Shown one piece after another: positions 13,570 to 25,080 of a stretch of 64,000 nt of DNA. A model generated the notes under the pieces. The model did no database searches. It saw nothing but the letters and a program-made list of their open reading frames with translations, and was not told the origin of the DNA. The position numbers and the translations under genes were made by a program. Source of the DNA: Adineta vaga (Eukaryota > Animalia > Rotifera); assembly GCA_021613535.1 (NCBI GenBank), contig CP075493.1, positions 496,001 through 560,000 of the forward strand, given 5' to 3'. Every line of letters begins with the position of its first letter. Within the stretch, counting starts at the first letter, position 1.

Positions 13570-14155
13570 GAAAGTTTCATGTCTCTATCCCCTATTATAA
13601 GGGAGATATATATGCTAACATGCTAGAAATCTTATTTTTCCAGGCGAAAAATTATTGCGTAGGATTTTGTTCTTTTTTTAAATCAAAAGTTATCTAATTA
13701 AAATACGCTTTAGTGTGTAGATTGTAAAGCTTTTCATGCTGCATTTTGCGTGTAGTTTATTCAGCAGTGTCACATATCCCGCAGATCGGGGATGCACCCT
13801 CATCTCCTGTGGGATATGAGTCCATATCCATCGGGAGATGCAGTATTTAGTGCAGGATATGCGGCTATCTAGGAGTGAGGGTGCGCATTCTGTGGGAGAC
13901 AGACGCATATCCCGCACTAAATACTGCATCTCCCGATGGATACGGACTCATCTCCCGCGGGAGATGAGGGTGCATCCCCGATCTGCGGGATATGTGACAC
14001 CACTCAGTTTATTCTCTTCATATAGAGGAAAGATAAAACGCAAGAGTGACCATTTTTTATGCGCCAACCGTTGTTTTCAGACTGGAAAAATAAGATTTCT
14101 AGCATGTTAACCTATATATCTCCCTTATAATAGGGGATAGAAACATGAAACTTTG
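13570..14155. repeat. Older foldback element hosting a nested hAT MITE
   Basis: AAAGTTTCATGTCTCTATCCCCTATTATAAGGGAGATATA...GAAATCTTATTTTTCCAG (13571-13643) recurs inverted at 14082-14154. Confidence 0.65.
13762..14005. mobile_element. hAT-type palindromic MITE
   Basis: ~105-bp near-perfect inverted arms (CAGCAGTGTCACATATCCCGCAG... / ...CTGCGGGATATGTGACACCACTC). 8-bp TSD AGTTTATT at 13754-13761 and 14006-14013. Confidence 0.8.
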
Positions 14156-14697
14156 AGGGAGTAGGTGCGCGCGTGGGTGTGGGTGAAAGTGAGAGTAATG
14201 GCAAAACGTTTATGACCGCGACTTCATACATGAGCACAGATCATTCAATCTGATGACGATCGAAAATACCGCAGCTTCTCTGTGGAGGTAATGACTCCTG
14301 CAGCCACATTCAAGTTGTAGTTTACATAATAGTAGTCGAATGGTCAACGAAAGCTTCCCCATAAGGAAACTTGTAGTATCACTTTCCTCCACTGAACATT
14401 TGTAACACTCATAAAATTGTGTGTCTAGACAACTTTATATGGAATTAATTTGAATAAATCACTTTATTATCATTAACCCATACTTAAGCTAAGACAGAAA
14501 ACATAAAACTTTGGCTTGTTTCCGCATTTTTTTACTTACATTTATCGTCTTTACCACTAGAGTCAGGCAGGGTCGCCTGATCGATTGTTAATCTCTCGTG
14601 TATCACTATGATAGTCAAATAGTACAATGAAGAAAGGAGAGAAAAACATTGAAAAGACATACATATATTCATGTAAAGAATAATTGTATAGTACTTT

Positions 14698-14738
14698 GTA
14701 GTCTGATGAAGAATACACTGCATTCGAAAGCTTACTAT
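14698..14738 (+). ncRNA. Minimal type I hammerhead ribozyme (Penelope-like pLTR type)
   Basis: Stem I GTAGT/ACTAT. Core CTGATGA with one extra A. Stem II GAATAC-act-GCATTC (one mismatch). GAAA followed by palindromic AGCT as a minimal stem III, with predicted cleavage after CUU (14733). AATAAA lies at 14761. Confidence 0.5.
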
Positions 14739-14925
14739 TGTTTTTAATTTTAATTAGTTTAATAAAGGAAAAGGTGAACAACACAAAATATCACTTAATC
14801 TTCGATGTAAGGCCATTCCGTTGTTGATAGTTGATGATGCTAAACGGACATACATTTTGAACAAATCTAATATTAAATCTTTCGATGATTTTTATGAATG
14901 TCTTTTGTGTAATTATCATAAGGAT

Positions 14926-15048
14926 GGGTGAGGGTGTGGGTGTGGGTGTGGGTGTGGGTGTGTGTGTGTGTGTGTGTGTGAGGGTGTGTGTGAGGGTGTG
15001 GGTGGGTGTGGGTGTGGGTGTGGGTGAGGGTGTGGGTGTGTGGGTGTG
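14926..15048 (+). repeat. Interstitial telomere-like tract (TGTGGG/TGAGGG)n mixed with (TG)n
   Basis: Directly visible. TGTGGG and TGAGGG are the known bdelloid telomeric units. Confidence 0.8.
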
Positions 15049-15563
15049 ACGATTTTTTTCTCTCGATAATCCCTTTCGAAAACTACATGATTCGATAGAG
15101 AATTAAGTTCTGAATCCAACACAACCTTTTTTAGAGTTAACACAGGTTCTCAGGCGAATCCGGACAAGAATTACAAAATTTCTAAGTCCAAAAGTTGGGT
15201 GAAAAAGACGGTTTTCTGTGAAAACCTCTAATTTTTGGCCGGTGACCTCTATCAAAAGTGACATGATTCGATAGAGAATTAAATTCTGAATCTAACACAA
15301 CCACTTTTAGACTTAACACAAGTTCTCAGGCGAATCCGAACAAGAAATACTCGAATATGGTGCTAACTTTACTTACATGAAAAAAATTCATTTCAAGAAA
15401 AAACTTTCTATAATAGAGTTGTCTTTTTACCCTAGAAAATTATTTGTTCGCCGGTTTTTACCGGTTTGCAACCCCGTTTTAAACCGGTCGGTCCGAACCG
15501 GTCTAAGATTTAAACCGGTTGCACGGGACTGGTCTGAATTTTCTTGCCTGGCTACAACTCTGA

Positions 15564-16050
15564 TACAGTTCTCTTTCGATATTGAATGTTGGATCTGAGA
15601 AACTAACACATTCCATGAGATTGTTAGCACTCAATGTAATAATCAATAATATGGATTATTTTGGAACACTTTGCAACATACTAAGATATTCATTTGAAGA
15701 TCAGTTGGAAAGAACTGCTACAGATAAAAGAATGGGGAGGAGAAGTGCAAATTCAAGCTCTATCTATAGCACTATCTCGTCCTATACATTCATATATAAA
15801 GTTTAACAAACATTGAAATCCAAACAACATACATTTTATCCCATCAAATATTAGTTTACAGGAATTAATCGATCGATTTAATAAGCAAACAGCAGGTGGT
15901 CATTTAATATATCTTGAATATGAATCAGACAGAAACAAAATAGGACTTTGTGTTTATTACATTGGTATACATTATGATGCTCTTTTACCTTGTCAAGATA
16001 ATCCTCCTCAGTTTGTACCGCATTTTCATCTAATAAACATGACTTTATAA
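15564..16050 (+). pseudogene. OTU-family cysteine protease (deubiquitinase) domain remnant
   Basis: Translation YSSLSILNVGSEKLTHSMRLLALNVIINNMDYF...[frameshift ~15730] EWGGEVQIQALSIALSRPI...GIHYDALLP matches the OTU WGG and HY motifs. It has one frameshift and one stop. The catalytic DGNC segment is missing where a hAT-like end (...CCTGGCTA, 15554) abuts. Confidence 0.7.
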
Positions 16051-17389
16051 CATAGAAAGGCTTTCATTAAAGATATAGAAAACCGGTAAAAACAAATTTT
16101 TCGTTCATGCAAGTGATTACTTCGGTGGAACTAACTCCTCGCCACGTCCTATGAGACCAAAAAAGGGTATCCGCTGGACCTAAGGGGTGGTTCCTTAGTG
16201 CGCTCAGGGATGATTTATTTTAGATAAATTCATTAAAACTAATTTATCTTCGTCTTTACTTTTTGAAGCATACATAACAGTCGGATTTCAATTCGAGGTT
16301 TCCGCATTTATTTTATTACTGACATTGTTCAATGCACCAACTGACATATGTAGATCTTTCCTTTTGGCTACAACATACTTCAAATACAACCAAGACATAA
16401 AAACTATACAATTCAAATAGCACTTGTACATCTTGTGTAATCATCATCATCATCATTAGAAATAAGAAAAAGGTTGATGACAGATTGAAAAGTAGATTGA
16501 ATTTGTTGATTAACGATATATCTTGCGTAAAAAAAGCTCCCTCTTTTTCACAGACATTTATGTGTCTTTCTTAATGACAACGACATGTTATTCGTTTACA
16601 TAACATTAACAAATATGTTTAAACATCAATATATATAATTACTGAATAGATCAAACATTTATATCATCATCATCATCATTATTATCATAGACATTAAATA
16701 ACACATTTTTTTCTTTTTTAATATCTCAATCAGCAAATTTCTTTTTTTAATCTTTACAAATAATTTTATATTAATTTAAAAATATTTAAAAAAAACCGAT
16801 TTGATTTTAAAATTAATTTAAAGTAACTTTATAAGATATAAACCAATGATTTATCTATAGAAGCTCGTTCAAAAATATTGATTTGACCATTCTAAATCTA
16901 TAGATTAAAAAACTAGTGAAAAGTTTATTTCTTTAATATTTATCAAGAAATAATTTAATAATGATTTTTCTTTATTAAAACTTGTTTCATTTCATTTCTT
17001 CTATGTTGATCGTTTGTGGATATAAAAATCTTTTTTAGAGAAACGAATGTTTAGTAAAACAAAAAATGAAACTTGATAATTGTCTTATGATATGTATGTA
17101 TATCAAGAGTTACTTTTTCATCTTTAATGTAACTTTTACATGTCTATATTCTCAATAGAAATATATTATTATATATGTTCATAAAAGATTAATATTAAAT
17201 AAAATAATTAAAAAAAGTTCTTTTTAATCATTGACTAATAATTAAATGAAATTTATTTTGATCAAAATATTTATATTAATATTCAAATCGATTCAACATA
17301 GTTTGTTTCTTTCTTTTTTAATGAAACGAAATAAAGTTTATTTTATGAAAATATTTCTTCATATTTTCTTTTATTGATGAATAAACATA

Positions 17390-18010
17390 TGATGCGTTAT
17401 AGCGATTGCCAGGAAATTGTATAAGCTTTAAGGTCCAACTAATTTCCCGGAAATTGAATTTCCCAATAATTATTTAGATTCACCCAAGGGGATAGCGGCT
17501 GACTGAGGGTGTGCGGCGGGGTAATATCATGTTGTGGGTGTGTGAAGAGCGCTGAAGGGATAGCAGCTGACTGAGGGTGTGCGGAGAGTGCGGCGGGGTA
17601 ATATCACATTGCGGGTGTGTGAAGAGTGTATGGCAGTCATAAACTAAAGTCCATAATAGCCGTGTAGCCCGTATAGTCCGTATTGGCCGTAATGGACAAT
17701 TTCCAAGTTTCCATCATGGAAATTAGGTCCTATACGGCCAATACGGACTATACGGACTATACGGAAACTAAAAATAAAGTCCATAATGGAACTAATTTCC
17801 ATGATGGAAATTGGGAAATTCTTCATTACGGACTATACGGCCAATACGGACTATACGGCCTATACGGCCTATACGGACTATACGGCCTATACGGACTATA
17901 CGGCCTATACGGACTATACAGCCTATACGGAAACTAAAACCTATAGTCCAAAACATGTTATTTATAGGTGTTGCAAAATTGGATTTCCCGGTAAACGCTA
18001 TAACGCATCA
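17390..18010. mobile_element. TIR element filled with minisatellites
   Basis: TIR TGATGCGTTATAGCG / CGCTATAACGCATCA. Contains a ~70-bp G-rich tandem duplication (17487-17630) and 9-bp TATACGG(A/C)C arrays in both orientations (17650-17932). No clear TSD. Confidence 0.65.
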
Positions 18011-18437
18011 GATCTGAATAAAACAATGAAATCGATTATTATCGTTCATTTTCTATAGATTAAATATATTTAAATAAATCTCTTATCATATCAAAATCAA
18101 TTATTTATTAAATAAAATAATGAATAACGACAAGATTTATCAATATTATCTTCTGTTTTCATTTTGATATTATTATTAGTACATCTTATATTGAAATATA
18201 ATATAAATCAATATGATTTAATTGATATTATGTTTGATTATGCACAGTTTAATTATAATGAAAGAATTGATAAAAACAGAATTTGAAAGACGTCAATTTT
18301 ATTTTCTAATTTAATAAGAAATATTTCTATAACAAACAAAATAAATATTTCATAGTTCTTTTCAAAAAATAATTTCATTTATAATATATGAATTAAAATA
18401 GATTAATGAATTAAAATCGAAAGACTGAAAACCAAAA

Positions 18438-21400
18438 GGACAGGGGCGTATAAGCAATGGAAAATGGGCTCAAAGGAATTTATCAAAACTTCGTCGAGAA
18501 ATTGTTCTAGGAAAGTGAGATAAGCTATATTAGAGCAAATTCAAGCAATACTAAGCGTATTTGAACATGCTTTCATGTGAAAATATCATAAAATATTATA
18601 GGGGCTTTTATACATATTATTTGTATTTATAATGGGCCAGTTTTTGACTAAAACAGAAAACCTTTGAAAAATATATAAAGCTCATTTTATCTTCATTGGA
18701 AAGAGCATTAAATTCTGCATCGTTCTATATAAAGATCATGTCTTTAAACCAATTATTACTACTATTTTTCTATAATTTACTACTATTAAAAATATATTAT
18801 TTTATACATTATTTTATCTAATTTTGACTTTTTCAATACATTTTTTGCGTGAGCCGCTTTCGCTTATATACCATTTGATAGAGCGAAGAAAGCGCTACAA
18901 ACTGGTATATAAATCATTTAATTTCGAGTTGGTCCCGGTATTCATAAAAGTCAAAAACTATGTTCGATGCACGAAAAATTCACTTTTTTTATGTATTAGT
19001 CAATTATTATTTAATTATTGTTTTTGATAGAAGCGACAGTTAATATAATTTTCATTCAAAGGATATTCAGACATATCTCAAATAAAAAATTCTTATATCT
19101 TTTGTGTTAAAAAGCAACATTTTTCAGCCTTAAAATGATGACATGTTAATATATCTTGTAATTTTTCGACATTAGTCAATATTAACATTTTGAAATTTCT
19201 GTAAGAACAACTTTATTATTTTAATTCAATTTGTTAGGTCAATTTCAAATGAGAAATACTTCATTTTAAAAAAGATACTTAAAGACAGAACTATTCGTTG
19301 ACGATGATGACGTCATTTTTTTCCGTTCTGTCATATATATTTTGTTTAACGTTCAATTCGTTACCGTTAATTTGACAATATACAATGCCTCGTAATCCTC
19401 GGGCAAGATGTTTTCAGTGTAATACAGTTGTTGATAATGCACGACCGATCACTAATTTATTGCTGAAACTATATCTCTCTGCTCGGTGTCATAAAAGACA
19501 CGATTGTACGTCTTATGTTTGCAAAGGATGCCGATCAAAGTATGAAAGATGGTATCGTAAAACAAAGGACCAGATTGATGACCTTATTGATGATGATAAA
19601 TTGAATGAAAACGACGATGAAATTGAAGAAGTAATATCTCATGTAACTTTAACATGTGAAATATTTTTTGTATATATAGAATATGGGTTTAGAAGAGAAA
19701 AATAACACAAAATCTACTCAGACATCAAAACAAATTGAATCAGTAAAGATCAGAGTGAATCGATGTAGCAAAGATGAAAAGTAAAATATGAAAAGATGTT
19801 TTTAGGGATCTTATTTTTATTATCTGTTTAGTTCTTGTATTGTTTGTGGAGTGAGAAACTCCAATAATCGAACTCGATTAAATGAAGAAGATAGGAATAC
19901 ATTGTTTATCAAACGAGGAATATATATATCACCTGGAGCTCGTTGTTGTGGCGATCATTTCTGCAGAGGACAATTGTCTTATGAAGCCATTCATCGAATT
20001 ATTCCATTTGATTCTGATCTTGTTTCTTTTACTTCTCAAGACATTGAGAAAATATTCAACAGCTTTCGTACAGTTACTCAAAGCAACATAGCATTTGATT
20101 TTGATAATGATGCTTCTCTGGATGATACTGCATATTACAATATTACTGGTCTATCGAAAGGTAGGATGGTTAATCTCATTTGCTGGGACAGTACTGTTGA
20201 AAAAATCTAGGATTATTTGAATGTCATAATCCGTTTGTTAGCGAATTTCTATAAAGTAATCTGTACTTGGAGACTTTTAATTCAAATAAAAAACAAGCTT
20301 AATTCATGCATATATAATAGAATCTAATAAAATCATTTTTTAGATCAGTTCAACGATCTTCTTCAACAAATCCAACACATGCGTAACTCGAAAATTCGTT
20401 CTACTCGAGTTGCATTAGCAGTGTTCCTCGCAAAGTTTCGTTTGGGTCTTGCTAATCGAGTTTTAGCAACTATGTTTGGTTTAAAAGACAAAAGAACAGT
20501 TTCTCATGTTATCAATCAAGTGCGACAAGCATTAAAAATTAATTTTGTACCACATTATATAGGTTTCGATCATATTAATCGACAATCGGTGATTGACCAT
20601 CATCAATCTGCTGTTGCAACAGCTCTACTTGCCGATGTTTCTAATCAACTTTGTATTGTTATGGATGGTACATATCTTACAATTCAAAAGTCTAGTGACA
20701 ATCAATTTCAAAGAAGAACATATAGCATGCATAAGCATAAGAACCTTGTTAAACCAATGATAATAACCGCTACAGTAAGTGTTAAATAAAGAGAGTAATT
20801 TGTCCTCTTCTATGATTAAAATAAGTATTCTTTTAAATGTGAACATAAACATATATATGGTTCACTACTGAAAGGTCACATTTATAGAAAAGTTTTAGCT
20901 TTACTATTGAAAGAATATATAAGGATACAATTTAGGAAAAGGTAGCCTTAAAATATCGTAGCCGATAGAATGCTTTCTGAAGTTCATCATAGGATTTATA
21001 AAAATGATGCTTACCTTACTATTATGAGAGCTTCATTATTGCAATTTTACATAGGATGGTTATATTTTGTCAGTATTCGGACCTTTTCTGGCCGATGGAA
21101 AAAATAATGATGCTTCCATTATCAAACATATCTTGAAGAATAATGATCAAAATATCAAAAACTGGCTTCATGACGAAGATATCGTTATCGTTGATCGTGG
21201 CTTTAGAGATGCAGTAAATTCTATGGAAGAGCTTGGTTTTCAAGTTCAAATTCCAGCATTTCTAAAAGGAAAAAAACAATTTACAACAGAAGAAGCAAAC
21301 CGAACCCGATTTATAACTAAAAACCGTTGGATAATTGAAAGTGGTAAATATTATAGATAATTTTTTCTTCTAGTTGATCATCCGATATTTTAGTGAATGG

Positions 21401-23038
21401 CAAAATCAAAGAATGGAATTATTTTAACTCTCTTAAAAATTCATCTTTACAATTTCTACCTGATGATTTGGATATAGTATGTGCTCTTCATAATGCTTTT
21501 CGTCACCCAACAATGAAAGATCCATCAAGTGGAATTGAATTAGCTAGAATCATGTTAGAACAAATGAAGAAAGAAAATGAACTTGAAAAAAGATTAATTA
21601 GTATATCTGCCGATAAAAACATGCATTGGAGAAAATATGATTCTAGAATGTGCATATTTCCACATTTAACTGAAGAAGATGTACGAAACATTAGCTGTGG
21701 TTTGTTTCCTATCTTCTCTCGTAGAGTTTTTGTTTTATATTATTTTTCAGGGAACTATCAAATTAAACAATGCAAATCTTATATCAATGAACACTTTCAA
21801 TCTTCTTACCTTGATGAAAATGATCTTGAGTTCATTGTTGAATTGTGTGAAAAGCAACGTGATTTACTTCGAGTTCGATTCCACTCACGCCACAGCAATA
21901 CGAAACATCATATTGCAACAGTACAATTTGACAACAACTTGGAGCAGCCGATACAAGGTTGGTTTTGTACATGTGCATCTGGATCACGTACAGTCGGCTG
22001 TTGTGTTCATATTACTGCTCTACTTTGGTATATGGGTGTTCAACAAGGAGAAATGAATCCTAAAATCCATCCTCTTTCTGCTGCTCGACTACTTGGATTC
22101 GTAGACGATAGCTACATGAATGTTGATGATGATGATACAAACAACGACACCACCACAGATACACCAGACCTAGCTCATTGATACTTGTTTTTATTACGAA
22201 CTACCCATTTCATATCTATATTTCTCATTTGAAATTGACCTAACAAATTGAATTAAAATAATAAAGTTGTTCTTACAGAAATTTCAAAATGTTATATTGA
22301 CTAATGTCGAAAAATTACAAGATATATTAACATGTCATCATTTTAAGGCTGAAAAATGTTGCTTTTTAACACAAAAGATATAAGAATTTTTTATTTGAGA
22401 TATGTCTGAATATCCTTTGAATGAAAATTATATTAACTGTCGCTTCTATCAAAAACAATAATTAAATAATAATTGACTAATACATAAAAAAAGTGAATTT
22501 TTCGTGCATCGAACATAGTTTTTGACTTTTATGAATACCGGGACCAACTCGAAATTAAATGATTTATATACCAGTTTGTAGCGCTTTCTTCGCTCTATCA
22601 AATGGTATATAAGCGAAAGCGGCTCACGCAAAAAATGTATTGAAAAAGTCAAAATTAGATAAAATAATGTATAAAATAATATATTTTTAATAGTAGTAAA
22701 TTATAGAAAAATAGTAGTAATAATTGGTTTAAAGACATGATCTTTATATAGAACGATGCAGAATTTAATGCTCTTTCCAATGAAGATAAAATGAGCTTTA
22801 TATATTTTTCAAAGGTTTTCTGTTTTAGTCAAAAACTGGCCCATTATAAATACAAATAATATGTATAAAAGCCCCTATAATATTTTATGATATTTTCACA
22901 TGAAAGCATGTTCAAATACGCTTAGTATTGCTTGAATTTGCTCTAATATAGCTTATCTCACTTTCCTAGAACAATTTCTCGACGAAGTTTTGATAAATTC
23001 CTTTGAGCCCATTTTCCATTGCTTATACGCCCCTGTCC
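18438..23038 (+). mobile_element. PHIS-superfamily (PIF/Harbinger-ISL2EU-related, Spy-like) DNA transposon, 4601 bp, ~820-bp TIRs
   Basis: Near-identical TIRs 18438-19258 and 22219-23038 starting GGACAGGGGCGTATAAGC. The flanks read AAA|element|TTT with no duplication, the Spy-type target. Confidence 0.88.
19385..22181 (+). CDS. Spliced ~710-aa DDE transposase: Cys-rich N-terminus, HTH, IS5/Harbinger-type DDE, C-terminal SWIM zinc finger
   Basis: Seven GT-AG exons join in frame without stops: 19385-19630, 19680-19780, 19832-20160, 20344-20774, 21055-21343, 21394-21699, 21751-22181. Motifs MDGTY, YSMHKHKNLVK, VDRGFRD, RWIIESVNG and WFCTCASGSRTVGCCVH. Confidence 0.85.
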
Positions 23039-23835
23039 TTTATATATGAACAATTTAAAATAAATTTTATATTAATAATAAATTATAAATTGAATTCTGA
23101 TAACAAATATTTTGATTTTATAATGAAAAACAATAGATGTCTGTAAATTATGCATTTTTAATAGACTTAATTTGCATTTTGAACTATATATTAAACGATT
23201 AAGACAGAAAAACAATTAAACAATAAAGTGTTGTTGTTTATATATAAATCTTAAGAAAATTTACTGTTTAATTCCTATGATGAAAATATAATAATTACAA
23301 TTCTATTTTATATTATTTTAAGCAAAATAAGAGATACAGAACATATTTATATAACTAACACAAAAATATGTTTAAATTACGCTTCTAACCTTAAATTAAA
23401 ATTTTTGACATATATTGTCGAATGATTCGACAAGCAACCACTCTTAACCATATTTGAAATATAACATAATAAGAACAACATCATTTTTAGAAACATCTCT
23501 GTTTTTAGATATGATAATATTTAAAGGGTACCTGTAATTTATGCAATCATCACAACCACCCAACTTTTTGCGATACGGTAAAAGTGAGTCCCACAACCAC
23601 CCACAACTCGATGAGTTATGTTCACAACCAGCCACAATCACCCACTTTTGATGAGTATTAGATGAAATAAACCGTCCACAAAGGTCAAAAAATAGTCCTC
23701 TTCAACACAACCACCCAAAATCTCTCTTATAGCTCCACAAACATCAGAAGTTGTCTCCCACAACCACCTACAGAACTAAAAAATCTACATTTTGTCAAGT
23801 GCAACTAGTGGGTTTAAATAGACCTGTAAGGATCT

Positions 23836-24170
23836 GGGTGGGGGTGTGGGTGGGGGTACATATACGTCTCAGTTTGGCGTATAAGCGCGCAAAGGGTGTC
23901 AATAATCGCTTCCTCACTGCCAAAGTTTAACCAACTCTCGCATTCTAATTAACTCGCTCTTCATCCACGAGATGCACAAGTACACCCACATTCACACCCA
24001 CACCCACATTCACACCCACACCCACACCCAAACTGATAGTTTCACTAATTAAAATCGCACTCATACTTATTCAACATCATATGTTGGTGCGAATATCAGG
24101 CAAGCGATTGGCGACACCCTTTGTGCGCTTATACGCCAAACTGAGACGTATATGTACCCCCACCCACGCC
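23836..24170. repeat. Inverted-repeat element with telomere-like ends and an internal (CACCCA)n tract
   Basis: GTGGGTGGGGGTACATATACGTCTCAGTTTGGCGTATAAGCGC..GGGTGTC recurs inverted at 24113-24167. CACCCA repeats at 23983-24030. Confidence 0.65.
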
Positions 24171-24264
24171 ACAACTCCCACCGAAAACCCACCAACATTT
24201 CTGTCATGTTTTTTTCTTCATTTGCCGTAACTACTCTCTCCACGAGCATCCATCACCTAACATA

Positions 24265-24835
24265 CAGGGAGGCGCAAAAGTCACTTAACCCAAAAAAAGA
24301 TTGAATATCTTCTTTACAACTCAAGCAAATGAGCTGATTTTTTTATCGATATTAGAGACATGTTCAAGCTTTATATTGATGAAGACATGCCTAGAGGAAC
24401 TCTCGTGGCTGATCGTTGTCAAATGTGTATTAATACAGAAGGAAAACAATTCCAACAATTGCGATAAAGCATTGTTTGTTGTTTAAAGAATATAAATGGC
24501 TGTAGCATATTGAAATCTATTTCTTTCCAACTCAGTATAGTACTCTGACATGGATTTCGCAATACAGAAAAGAACTAAGAGTGAATATGTCTTTTTTTTC
24601 TTGATAAGCTACTTTTCTTTATCGTACATTATTTTTCTCTCATTTGTAAAAGAAAGTAAATATTTCTTGGATGAGGTCTCTAGTAATACTCAACAAGGAG
24701 TTTCTCTAGACATGTCTTTATCAATATAAAGCTTGAACATGTCACTATGATCGATAAAAAAATCAGCTCATTTGCTTGAGTTGTAAAGAAGATATTCAAT
24801 CTTTTTTTGGGTTAAGTGACTTTTGCGCCTCCCTG
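24265..24835. mobile_element. Tc1/mariner-type MITE
   Basis: TA TSDs at 24263-4 and 24836-7. TIR starts CAGGGAGGCGCAAAAGTCACTTAACCC, with arms of ~130-150 bp. Confidence 0.85.
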
Positions 24836-24919
24836 TACTTCATTACATCGATCATCATTAAACTAAAACTGATTCCACTCTTATCTACTCCTCAATTGAC
24901 GGGACCAACTACATTTATA

Positions 24920-25080
24920 TTCATTAATCTAACATTACATCTATTCCTGTGTATTATTTAACTAATGAGCCTAAATCTATCTATGTTCATTAATCTAGAA
25001 TTAAATCTATTCCTATGTACTATTTAACTAATGAGACTAAATCTATCTATGTTCGTTAATCTAAAACTAAATCTATTTGT
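24920..25080. repeat. Short tandem repeat, ~66-bp unit, ~2.4 copies
   Basis: TTCATTAATCTA...ATCTATTCCT...TATTTAACTAATGAG.CTAAATCTATCTATG is repeated. Confidence 0.6.

Noticed and set aside
14243-14275. Second hammerhead (CTGATGACGATCGAAA)
   Set aside because: No stem I complement and essentially no stem II.
14916-15143. His-Pro-rich ORF
   Set aside because: It is the translation of the telomere-like repeat.
17644-18058. YGL/TAY/IRP-repeat ORFs
   Set aside because: They are translations of a 9-bp minisatellite.
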